From NCBI GenBank assembly GCA_051362555.1, contig CM120643.1, positions 4,588,001-4,652,000 of the forward strand: DNA of 64,000 nucleotides, read 5' to 3'. Both the position numbers and the translations under genes were made by a program. Below the pieces are notes generated by a model. That model was given only the letters and a program-made list of their open reading frames with translations. It did no database searches and was not told where the DNA came from. The stretch comes from Lingula anatina. Taxonomy: Eukaryota > Animalia > Brachiopoda. This document shows, one piece after another, positions 11,879 to 24,895 of the stretch; the stretch's first letter is position 1, and each line of letters starts with the position of its first letter.

Positions 11879-12233
11879 AAAATAAAAATAATAAAACACA
11901 ATGACCGCAGGCTTATTTTCAAGATGGTCAGATAACAATATGAGTTTCATAAATCTTCATAAGTAGATCCCATTGTCTTCTGGATCTTTACATATTTCAG
12001 TGAATTTTTGAATCTGTAATGCTGCTTAATCACAGCCTTTCAGCAAGTTTTTCATCTTGTTCAATGTAATGCCTGATATTTAGGTGAATTTGTGCTGCTA
12101 ATGATGTAAGAATTTTGATGTAAATTACCCAGGTATTTTAATGCTTTGTCAAAGAAAGTGAAGGAACAGTTTTAAGACACTTGAAAATAAAGTAGATTGT
12201 TTTAAAGATGTATTTTTTATTCTCTTCCTGTGG

Positions 12234-12349
12234 ATCACACATGTCCTCCATATATGTTTATATGTGGTAATATTGTTGCTGTATCAACTTAACTTGGAGA
12301 TGTTACCACAGCAATGACTGTAGTAATGACAGTAATGAGGAAGGGTGTA
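12234..12349 (+). pseudogene. Degenerate LDL-receptor class A repeat exon
   Basis: Reads HTCPPYMFICGN/(shift)/CCCINLTWRCYHSNDCSNDSNEEGC then gtaagt. Six-cysteine spacing and the F, I, W positions fit LDLa; acidic residues have decayed to N/Y and the acceptor reads tgtGG instead of tgtAG. Confidence 0.65.
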
Positions 12350-13609
12350 GTAAGTATTGCTTAGAATGAAGATGGATATCAAAGAAATGGGTTGTCAAGT
12401 AGTGGGTAACGACCTTACTGAAGCTGTAAATATTGTCAATTTAGTAAACTCGGGGAATTTAGAGATGAGTAATGGGTGCATTTGACCAGAAAATATCAAC
12501 TTCTTTGTTTGACAACATGATATAAAATTATGTTCCAGCTTTAAAGTACAGATATTGGTCCATTTCTAAAACTGTTGCAAAGCTGATTCATATACTGCTA
12601 TTGAAAAAGTTGTATGTAGTCACCTGTTATCAATTCCAGCATTCCCAACTTGTCCACATAGGGTGCCATTCACTCTCAGCAGGTTGGCTGTCATGGATCA
12701 CATTTGGCATTGATAGCAAGAAGAAGTCTTGTATGTACAGTATAGGTAATTTGCAATCTCCTACACAAACAAACTCAAATCATTACATTTGCTGTTTTCT
12801 TTGAGAGTAAATAGTACATTGCAATATTGAAATATTTCTTTTCAAATTGGTTAATTCTCTCTTTTCTGATTATCAATTTCCAATAAACTTGACACTTAAA
12901 AAAAGACAGACAACTGATCAGCTTATCACAGATTTTCATTGTTGTTAATCGTCATTTGTACAGATTTCAGAAACATTGGACAAGATTTTTTCAAAATTAT
13001 TAAAGTTTAACTGTTTTGAGTCATGGGATTTGCCAGTGATTTAGGCACAAACAGCTGATCAGCTTATCATAGATTTTTATTGTTGTTAAACATCAGTTGA
13101 ACAGATTTCAGAAACAAAGGACAGGGTTTGTTAAAGTTATTAATATTTAACTAATATTTAACTGGAATTTGTCAGTGTTTTCAGTGTAATTTTCAGCTTT
13201 CTCAAATCTTGCAAAATTATTAACATTTAACTAGTTTAAGCCATGGAATTTGGCAGTGTTTTCAGTGTAATTTTCAGTTTTTTCAAAGATATTGTTGCAA
13301 GAAAATACTTTTCATTAGACACAGTCAAGAGATGATCTTATCACAGGTTTCTATTGTTGTTCAGCATCATTTGTACAAATTTCGGAAATATTGGACAACA
13401 TTTGACAAAGTTATTAACGTTTAACTATTTTAATTTCCTGTGTTTTGCCAGTCTTCTCAATGTAAATTTCAGTTGTCCCAAATTTGTTGTCTTAAAAATC
13501 ACTTTTCATTAGATACAGTCAACTGAGCATCTTATCACAGATTTCTATTGTTGTTAAGCATCATTTGTACAAATTTCAGAAATATTGGACAAGATTTGAC
13601 AAAAGTATT

Positions 13610-16600
13610 ATCGATTAACTATTTTAAGTCATTGCATTTGCCAGTCTTTTCAATGTAATTTTCAGTTTTTTCAGTTATATTGTTCTTTTTCCAGAGTACC
13701 CTTACCATGAAAAAGCAGACAGTGAAAGACAGCACCAAGAGCAGCATTTTGTCTTATCCATGTGTACAATACATGATATGTGGCAAGATTTAGGACATTG
13801 TCAAATGTTGTGATAACAGCAACCCATTCCAGAAACCCATTGTAAGGAGTAATCTGCATCTGTCATTGATAGTAAGGAGAAGTCTTGTATGGGTATATAT
13901 TGTTTTCCAGATAACAGTTATAGGTAATTTGCAACCTCTTACACACACAACCTCAAGTCATCACATTTGCTATTTTATTTTATATTCACATTGCAAAATT
14001 ATAAACATTTAACTATTTTAAGCCATGGAATTTGGCATTGTTTTCAGTGTAATTTTCAGTTTTTTCAAAGATATTGTCGCAAGAAGATACTTTTTATTAG
14101 ACACAGTCATTTGATCAGCTTATCACAGATTTTTATTGTTGTAAAGCATCATTTGTATAATTTTCAGAAACACTGTACAAGATTTGACAAAATTATTAAC
14201 GTTTAACCATTTTAAGTCATGGAATTGCCAGTCTTTTCAATGTAAATTTCAGTTTTCCCAAATCCGTTGTCCCAAAAAACACTTTTCACTAGATGCAGTC
14301 AACAGATCATCTAATCACAGATTTTTATTGTTGTTAAGCATCATTAGTACAAATTTCAGAAACACTGTACAAGATTTGACAAAATTTTTAACATTTAACT
14401 ATTTTCAGTCGTGGGATTTGTCAGTCTTTTCAATGTAAATTTCAGTTTCCCCAAATATATTGTCTCTAAAAGACACTTTTCAATAGACACAGTCAACTGA
14501 TCAGCTTATCACAGATTTTTATTGTTGTTAAGCATCATTTGTAAAAATTTCAGAAATATTGGACAAGATTTGACAAAATTATTAACGTTTAACTATTTTA
14601 AGTCGTGGAATTTGGCAGTGTTTTTAGAGTAATTTTCAGTTTTCTCAAATATGTCATCTGAAGAAAATACTTTTCAATAGATAAAGGCAACTAATCAACT
14701 TATCACAGATTTTTATTGTTGTTAAGCATCATTTGTACAAATTTCAGAAATATTGGACTAGATTTGACAAAATTATTATCGTTTAACTATTTTAAGTCAT
14801 GAGATTTGCCAGTCTTTTCAATGAAATTTTCAGTTTTTTCAGTTATATTGTTCTTTTTCCAGAGTACCCTTACCATGGAAAAGCAGGTAGTGAAAGACAG
14901 CACCAAGAGCAGCACTATGTCTTATCCATGTGTACAATACATGATATGTGGCAAGATTGACATTGTCAAATATTGTGATAACAACAACCCATTCCAGAAA
15001 CCCATTGTAAGGAGTAATCTGCTTCTGGCATTGATAGTAAGGAGAAGTCTTGTATGGGTATATATTGTTTTCCAGATAACAGTTATGGGTAATTTGCAAC
15101 CTCTTACACAAACAACCTCAAATCATCACATTTTCAATTTAATTTATAATCACATTGCAAAATTATAAACATTTAACTATTTTAAGCCATGGAATTTGCC
15201 ATTGTTTTCAGTGTAATTTACAATTTTTTCAAAGATATTGTCCCAAAAAACACTTTTCATTAGACACAGTCATATGATCAGCTTATCACAGATTTTTATT
15301 GTTGTAAAGCATCATTTGTATAATTTTCAGAAACACTGTACAAGATTTGACAAAATTATTAACGTTTAACCATTTTAAGTCATGGAATTGCCAGTCTTTT
15401 CAATGTAAATTTCAGTTTTCCCAAATCCGTTGTCCCAAAAAACACTTTTCACTAGATGCAGTCAACAGATCATCTAATCACAGATTTTTATTGTTGTTAA
15501 CCAGCATTTGTACAAATTTCAGAAACACTGTACAAGATTTGACAAAATTATTAACGTTTAACTATTTTAAGTCGTGGGATTTGTCAGTCTTTTCAATGTA
15601 AATTTCAGTTTCTCTAAATATATTGTCTCTAAAAGACACTTTTCATTAAACACAGTCATCTGATCAGCTTATCACAGATTTTTATTGTTGTTAAGCATCA
15701 TTTGTACAAATTTCAGAAATATTGGACTAGATTTGACAAAATTATTATCGTTTAACTATTTTAAGTCATGAGATTTGCCAGTCTTTTCAATGAAATTTTC
15801 AGTTTTTTCAGTTATATTGTTCTTTTTCCAGAGTACCCTTACCATGAAAAGGCAGGCAGTGAAAGACAGCATCAAGAGCAGCAATATGTCTTATCCATGT
15901 GTACAATACATGATATGTAACAAGATTTAGGACATTGTCAAATATTGTGATAACAACAACCCATTCCAGAAACCCATTGTAAGGAGTAATCTGCATCTGG
16001 CATTGATAGTAAGGAGAAGTCTTGTATGGGTATATATCGTTTTCCAGATAACAGTTATAGGTAATTTGCAACCTCTTACACACACAACCTCAAGTCATCA
16101 CATTTGCTATTTTATTTTATATTCACATTGCAAAATTATTAACATTTAACTATTTTAAGCCATGGAATTTGGCAGTGTTTTCAGTGTAATTTTCAGTTTT
16201 TTCAAAGATATTGTCACAAGAAGATACTTTTTATTAGACACAGTCATTTGATCAGCTTATCACAGATTTTTATTGTTGTAAAGCATCATTTGTATAATTT
16301 TCAGAAACACTGTACAAGATTTGACAAAATTATTAACGTTTAACCATTTTAAGTCATGGAATTGCCAGTCTTTTCAATGTAAATTTCAGTTTTCCCAAAT
16401 CCGTTGTCCCAAAAAACACTTTTCACTAGATGCAGTCAACAGATCATCTAATCACAGATTTTTATTGTTGTTAAGCATCATTTGTACAAATTTCAGAAAC
16501 ACTGTACAAGATTTGACAAAATTATTAACGTTTAACTATTTTCAGTCGTGGGATTTGTCAGTCTTTTCAATGTAAATTTCAGTTTCCCCAAATATATTGT

Positions 16601-19600
16601 CTCTAAAAGACACTTTTCAATAGACACAGTCAACTGATCAGCTTATCACAGATTTTTATTGTTGTTAAGCATCATTTGTAAAAATTTCAGAAATATTGGA
16701 CAAGATTTGACAAAATTATTAACGTTTAACTATTTTAAGTCGTGGGATTTGTCAGTCTTTTCAATGTAAATTTCAGTTTCCCCAAATATATTGTCTCTAA
16801 AAGACACTTTTCATTAAACACAGTCAACTGAGCATCTTATCACAGATTTCTATTGTTGTTAAGCATCATTTGTACAAATTTCAGAAATATTGGACTAGAT
16901 TTGACAAAATTATTATCGTTTAACTATTTTAAGTCATGAGATTTGCCATTCTTTTCAATGTAATTTTCAGTTTTTTCAGTTATATTATTCTTTTTCCAGA
17001 GTACCCTTACCATGAAAAAGCAGGCAGTGAAAGACAGCACCAAGAGCAGCATTTTGTCTTATCCATGTGTACAATACATGATATGTGGCAAGATTTAGGA
17101 CATTGTCAAATATTGTGATAACAACAACCCATTCCAGAAACCCATTGTAAGGAGTAATCTGCATCTGGCATTGATAGTAAGGAGAAGTCTTGTATGGGTA
17201 TATATTGTTTTCCAGATAATAGTTATAGGTAATTTGCAACCTCTTACACACACAACCTCAAGTCATCACATTTGCTATTTTATTTTATATTCACATTGCA
17301 AAATTATAAACATTTAACTATTTTAAGCCATGGAATTTGGCAGTGTTTTCAGTGTAATTTTCAGTTTTTTCAAAGATATTGTCCCAAAAAACACTTTTCA
17401 TTAGACACAGTCATATGATCAGCTTATCACAGATTTTTATTGTTGTTAAGCATCATTTGTATAATTTTCAGAAACACTGGACGAGATTTGACAAAATTAT
17501 TAATGTTTAACTATTTTAAGTCCTGGAATTTGCCAGTCTTTTCAATGTAAATTTCAGTTTTCCAAAATACTTTGTCCCAAAAAACACTTTTCATTAGATA
17601 TGGTCAACAGATCATCTTATCACAGATTTTTAATGTTGTTAACCAGCATTTGTACAAATTTCAGAAACACTGTACAAGATTTGACAAAATTATTAACGTT
17701 TAACTATTTTAAGTCGTGGGATTTGTCAGTCTTTTCAATGTAAATTTCAGTTTCTCTAAATATATTGTCTCTAAAAGACACTTTTCATTAAACACAGTCA
17801 TCTGATCAGCTTATCACAGATTTTTATTGTTGTTAAGCATCATTTGTACAAATTTCAGAAATATTGGACTAGATTTGACAAAATTATTATCGTTTAACTA
17901 TTTTAAGTCATGAGATTTGCCAGTCTTTTCAATGAAATTTTCAGTTTTTTCAGTTATATTGTTCTTTTTCCAGAGTACCCTTACCATGAAAAGGCAGGCA
18001 GTGAAAGACAGCATCAAGAGCAGCAATATGTCTTATCCATGTGTACAATACATGATATGTAACAAGATTTAGGACATTGTCAAATATTGTGATAACAACA
18101 ACCCATTCCAGAAACCCATTGTAAGGAGTAATCTGCATCTGGCATTGATAGTAAGGAGAAGTCTTGTATGGGTATATATCGTTTTCCAGATAACAGTTAT
18201 AGGTAATTTGCAACCTCTTACACACACAACCTCAAGTCATCACATTTGCTATTTTATTTTATATTCACATTGCAAAATTATAAACATTTAACTATTTTAA
18301 GCCATGGAATTTGGCAGTGTTTTCAGTGTAATTTTCAGTTTTTTCAAAGATATTGTCGCAAGAAGATACTTTTTATTAGACACAGTCATTTGATCAGCTT
18401 ATCACAGATTTTTATTGTTGTAAAGCATCATTTGTATAATTTTCAGAAACACTGTACAAGATTTGACAAAATCATTAACGTTTAACCATTTTAAGTCATG
18501 GAATTGCCAGTCTTTTCAATGTAAATTTCAGTTTTCCCAAATCCGTTGTCCCAAAAAACACTTTTCACTAGATGCAGTCAACAGATCATCTAATCACAGA
18601 TTTTTATTGTTGTTAAGCATCATTAGTACAAATTTCAGAAACACTGTACAAGATTTGACAAAATTATTAACGTTTCACCATTTTAAGTCATGGGATTTGC
18701 CAGTCTTTTCAATGTAAATTTCAGTTTTTCCCCAAATACGTTGTCCCAGAAAACACTTTTCATTAGATACAGTCAACAGATCATCTAATCACAGATTTTT
18801 ATTGTTGTTAAGCATCATTTGTACAAATTTCAGAAACACTGTACAAGATTTGACAAAATTATTAACGTTTCACTATTTTCAGTCGTGGGATTTGTCAGTC
18901 TTTTCAGTCTAAATTTCAGTTTCCCCAAATATATTGTCTCTAAAAGACACTTTTCAATAGACACAGTCAACTGATCAGCTTTTTCACAGATTTTTATTGT
19001 TGTTAAGCATCATTTGAACAAATTTCAGAAATATTGGACAAGATTTGACAAAATTATTAACGTTGAACTATTTTAAGTCGTGGAATTTGGCAGTGTTTTT
19101 AGAGTAATTTTCAGTTTCCCCAAATATATTGTCTCTAAAAGACACTTTTCATTAAACACAGTCAACTGAGCATCTTATCACAGATTTCTATTGTTGTTAA
19201 GCATCATTTGTACAAATTTCAGAAATATTGGACTAGATTTGACAAAATTATTATCGATTAACTATTTTAAGTCATTGCATTTGCCAGTCTTTTTAATGTA
19301 ATTTTCAGTTTTTTCAGTTATATTGTTCTTTTTCCAGAGTACCCTTACCATGAAAAAGCAGACAGTGAAAGACAGCACCAAGAGCAGCATTTTGTCTTAT
19401 CCATGTGTACAATACATGATATGTGGCAAGATTTAGGACATTGTCAAATGTTGTGATAACAGCAACCCATTCCAGAAACCCATTGTAAGGAGTAATCTGC
19501 ATCTGTCATTGATAGTAAGGAGAAGTCTTGTATGGGTATATATTGTTTTCCAGATAACAGTTATAGGTAATTTGCAACCTCTTACACACACAACCTCAAG

Positions 19601-22600
19601 TCATCACATTTGCTATTTTATTTTATATTCACATTGCAAAATTATAAACATTTAACTATTTTAAGCCATGGAATTTGGCATTGTTTTCAGTGTAATTTTC
19701 AGTTTTTTCAAAGATATTGTCGCAAGAAGATACTTTTTATTAGACACAGTCATTTGATCAGCTTATCACAGATTTTTATTGTTGTAAAGCATCATTTGTA
19801 TAATTTTCAGAAACACTGTACAAGATTTGACAAAATTATTAACGTTTAACCATTTTAAGTCATGGAATTGCCAGTCTTTTCAATGTAAATTTCAGTTTTC
19901 CCAAATCCGTTGTCCCAAAAAACACTTTTCACTAGATGCAGTCAACAGATCATCTAATCACAGATTTTTATTGTTGTTAAGCATCATTAGTACAAATTTC
20001 AGAAACACTGTACAAGATTTGACAAAATTTTTAACATTTAACTATTTTCAGTCGTGGGATTTGTCAGTCTTTTCAATGTAAATTTCAGTTTCCCCAAATA
20101 TATTGTCTCTAAAAGACACTTTTCAATAGACACAGTCAACTGATCAGCTTATCACAGATTTTTATTGTTGTTAAGCATCATTTGTAAAAATTTCAGAAAT
20201 ATTGGACAAGATTTGACAAAATTATTAACGTTTAACTATTTTAAGTCGTGGAATTTGGCAGTGTTTTTAGAGTAATTTTCAGTTTTCTCAAATATGTCAT
20301 CTGAAGAAAATACTTTTCAATAGATAAAGGCAACTAATCAACTTATCACAGATTTTTATTGTTGTTAAGCATCATTTGTACAAATTTCAGAAATATTGGA
20401 CTAGATTTGACAAAATTATTATCGTTTAACTATTTTAAGTCATGAGATTTGCCAGTCTTTTCAATGAAATTTTCAGTTTTTTCAGTTATATTGTTCTTTT
20501 TCCAGAGTACCCTTACCATGGAAAAGCAGGTAGTGAAAGACAGCACCAAGAGCAGCACTATGTCTTATCCATGTGTACAATACATGATATGTGGCAAGAT
20601 TGACATTGTCAAATATTGTGATAACAACAACCCATTCCAGAAACCCATTGTAAGGAGTAATCTGCTTCTGGCATTGATAGTAAGGAGAAGTCTTGTATGG
20701 GTATATATTGTTTTCCAGATAACAGTTATGGGTAATTTGCAACCTCTTACACAAACAACCTCAAATCATCACATTTTCAATTTAATTTATAATCACATTG
20801 CAAAATTATAAACATTTAACTATTTTAAGCCATGGAATTTGCCATTGTTTTCAGTGTAATTTACAATTTTTTCAAAGATATTGTCCCAAAAAACACTTTT
20901 CATTAGACACAGTCATATGATCAGCTTATCACAGATTTTTATTGTTGTAAAGCATCATTTGTATAATTTTCAGAAACACTGTACAAGATTTGACAAAATT
21001 ATTAACGTTTAACCATTTTAAGTCATGGAATTGCCAGTCTTTTCAATGTAAATTTCAGTTTTCCCAAATCCGTTGTCCCAAAAAACACTTTTCACTAGAT
21101 GCAGTCAACAGATCATCTAATCACAGATTTTTATTGTTGTTAACCAGCATTTGTACAAATTTCAGAAACACTGTACAAGATTTGACAAAATTATTAACGT
21201 TTAACTATTTTAAGTCGTGGGATTTGTCAGTCTTTTCAATGTAAATTTCAGTTTCTCTAAATATATTGTCTCTAAAAGACACTTTTCATTAAACACAGTC
21301 ATCTGATCAGCTTATCACAGATTTTTATTGTTGTTAAGCATCATTTGTACAAATTTCAGAAATATTGGACTAGATTTGACAAAATTATTATCGTTTAACT
21401 ATTTTAAGTCATGAGATTTGCCAGTCTTTTCAATGAAATTTTCAGTTTTTTCAGTTATATTGTTCTTTTTCCAGAGTACCCTTACCATGAAAAGGCAGGC
21501 AGTGAAAGACAGCATCAAGAGCAGCAATATGTCTTATCCATGTGTACAATACATGATATGTAACAAGATTTAGGACATTGTCAAATATTGTGATAACAAC
21601 AACCCATTCCAGAAACCCATTGTAAGGAGTAATCTGCATCTGGCATTGATAGTAAGGAGAAGTCTTGTATGGGTATATATCGTTTTCCAGATAACAGTTA
21701 TAGGTAATTTGCAACCTCTTACACACACAACCTCAAGTCATCACATTTGCTATTTTATTTTATATTCACATTGCAAAATTATTAACATTTAACTATTTTA
21801 AGCCATGGAATTTGGCAGTGTTTTCAGTGTAATTTTCAGTTTTTTCAAAGATATTGTCACAAGAAGATACTTTTTATTAGACACAGTCATTTGATCAGCT
21901 TATCACAGATTTTTATTGTTGTAAAGCATCATTTGTATAATTTTCAGAAACACTGTACAAGATTTGACAAAATTATTAACGTTTAACCATTTTAAGTCAT
22001 GGAATTGCCAGTCTTTTCAATGTAAATTTCAGTTTTCCCAAATCCGTTGTCCCAAAAAACACTTTTCACTAGATGCAGTCAACAGATCATCTAATCACAG
22101 ATTTTTATTGTTGTTAAGCATCATTTGTACAAATTTCAGAAACACTGTACAAGATTTGACAAAATTATTAACGTTTAACTATTTTCAGTCGTGGGATTTG
22201 TCAGTCTTTTCAATGTAAATTTCAGTTTCCCCAAATATATTGTCTCTAAAAGACACTTTTCAATAGACACAGTCAACTGATCAGCTTATCACAGATTTTT
22301 ATTGTTGTTAAGCATCATTTGTAAAAATTTCAGAAATATTGGACAAGATTTGACAAAATTATTAACGTTTAACTATTTTAAGTCGTGGGATTTGTCAGTC
22401 TTTTCAATGTAAATTTCAGTTTCCCCAAATATATTGTCTCTAAAAGACACTTTTCATTAAACACAGTCAACTGAGCATCTTATCACAGATTTCTATTGTT
22501 GTTAAGCATCATTTGTACAAATTTCAGAAATATTGGACTAGATTTGACAAAATTATTATCGTTTAACTATTTTAAGTCATGAGATTTGCCATTCTTTTCA

Positions 22601-24895
22601 ATGTAATTTTCAGTTTTTTCAGTTATATTATTCTTTTTCCAGAGTACCCTTACCATGAAAAAGCAGGCAGTGAAAGACAGCACCAAGAGCAGCATTTTGT
22701 CTTATCCATGTGTACAATACATGATATGTGGCAAGATTTAGGACATTGTCAAATATTGTGATAACAACAACCCATTCCAGAAACCCATTGTAAGGAGTAA
22801 TCTGCATCTGGCATTGATAGTAAGGAGAAGTCTTGTATGGGTATATATTGTTTTCCAGATAATAGTTATAGGTAATTTGCAACCTCTTACACACACAACC
22901 TCAAGTCATCACATTTGCTATTTTATTTTATATTCACATTGCAAAATTATAAACATTTAACTATTTTAAGCCATGGAATTTGGCAGTGTTTTCAGTGTAA
23001 TTTTCAGTTTTTTCAAAGATATTGTCCCAAAAAACACTTTTCATTAGACACAGTCATATGATCAGCTTATCACAGATTTTTATTGTTGTTAAGCATCATT
23101 TGTATAATTTTCAGAAACACTGGACGAGATTTGACAAAATTATTAATGTTTAACTATTTTAAGTCCTGGAATTTGCCAGTCTTTTCAATGTAAATTTCAG
23201 TTTTCCAAAATACTTTGTCCCAAAAAACACTTTTCATTAGATATGGTCAACAGATCATCTTATCACAGATTTTTAATGTTGTTAACCAGCATTTGTACAA
23301 ATTTCAGAAACACTGTACAAGATTTGACAAAATTATTAACGTTTAACTATTTTAAGTCGTGGGATTTGTCAGTCTTTTCAATGTAAATTTCAGTTTCTCT
23401 AAATATATTGTCTCTAAAAGACACTTTTCATTAAACACAGTCATCTGATCAGCTTATCACAGATTTTTATTGTTGTTAAGCATCATTTGTACAAATTTCA
23501 GAAATATTGGACTAGATTTGACAAAATTATTATCGTTTAACTATTTTAAGTCATGAGATTTGCCAGTCTTTTCAATGAAATTTTCAGTTTTTTCAGTTAT
23601 ATTGTTCTTTTTCCAGAGTACCCTTACCATGAAAAGGCAGGCAGTGAAAGACAGCATCAAGAGCAGCAATATGTCTTATCCATGTGTACAATACATGATA
23701 TGTAACAAGATTTAGGACATTGTCAAATATTGTGATAACAACAACCCATTCCAGAAACCCATTGTAAGGAGTAATCTGCATCTGGCATTGATAGTAAGGA
23801 GAAGTCTTGTATGGGTATATATCGTTTTCCAGATAACAGTTATAGGTAATTTGCAACCTCTTACACACACAACCTCAAGTCATCACATTTGCTATTTTAT
23901 TTTATATTCACATTGCAAAATTATAAACATTTAACTATTTTAAGCCATGGAATTTGGCAGTGTTTTCAGTGTAATTTTCAGTTTTTTCAAAGATATTGTC
24001 GCAAGAAGATACTTTTTATTAGACACAGTCATTTGATCAGCTTATCACAGATTTTTATTGTTGTAAAGCATCATTTGTATAATTTTCAGAAACACTGTAC
24101 AAGATTTGACAAAATCATTAACGTTTAACCATTTTAAGTCATGGAATTGCCAGTCTTTTCAATGTAAATTTCAGTTTTCCCAAATCCGTTGTCCCAAAAA
24201 ACACTTTTCACTAGATGCAGTCAACAGATCATCTAATCACAGATTTTTATTGTTGTTAAGCATCATTAGTACAAATTTCAGAAACACTGTACAAGATTTG
24301 ACAAAATTATTAACGTTTCACCATTTTAAGTCATGGGATTTGCCAGTCTTTTCAATGTAAATTTCAGTTTTTCCCCAAATACGTTGTCCCAGAAAACACT
24401 TTTCATTAGATACAGTCAACAGATCATCTAATCACAGATTTTTATTGTTGTTAAGCATCATTTGTACAAATTTCAGAAACACTGTACAAGATTTGACAAA
24501 ATTATTAACGTTTCACTATTTTCAGTCGTGGGATTTGTCAGTCTTTTCAGTCTAAATTTCAGTTTCCCCAAATATATTGTCTCTAAAAGACACTTTTCAA
24601 TAGACACAGTCAACTGATCAGCTTTTTCACAGATTTTTATTGTTGTTAAGCATCATTTGAACAAATTTCAGAAATATTGGACAAGATTTGACAAAATTAT
24701 TAACGTTGAACTATTTTAAGTCGTGGAATTTGGCAGTGTTTTTAGAGTAATTTTCAGTTTCCCCAAATATATTGTCTCTAAAAGACACTTTTCATTAAAC
24801 ACAGTCAACTGAGCATCTTATCACAGATTTCTATTGTTGTTAAGCATCATTTGTACAAATTTCAGAAATATTGGACTAGATTTGACAAAATTATT
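13610..24895. repeat. 5643-bp tandem duplication, 2 copies
   Basis: Identical ORF variants offset by 5643: 13671/19314, 14839/20482, 15808/21451, 16985/22628, 17950/23593, including a private 3-nt deletion. Confidence 0.95.
13675..13990. repeat. First copy of the ~320-bp non-monomer block (37 copies to ~57,875, plus a 3' fragment at ~58,358)
   Basis: ttatattgttctttttccagagtaccc...tatattcacatt always replaces the same part of a monomer; it is the source of the repeated ~91-aa minus-strand ORFs. Confidence 0.95.

Noticed and set aside
11930-12075. Minus-strand DNGIYL*RFMKLI as the missing ULP1 catalytic-Cys exon across the array
   Set aside because: Lacks the Cys and the upstream Gln motif and has stops; too weak without an alignment.
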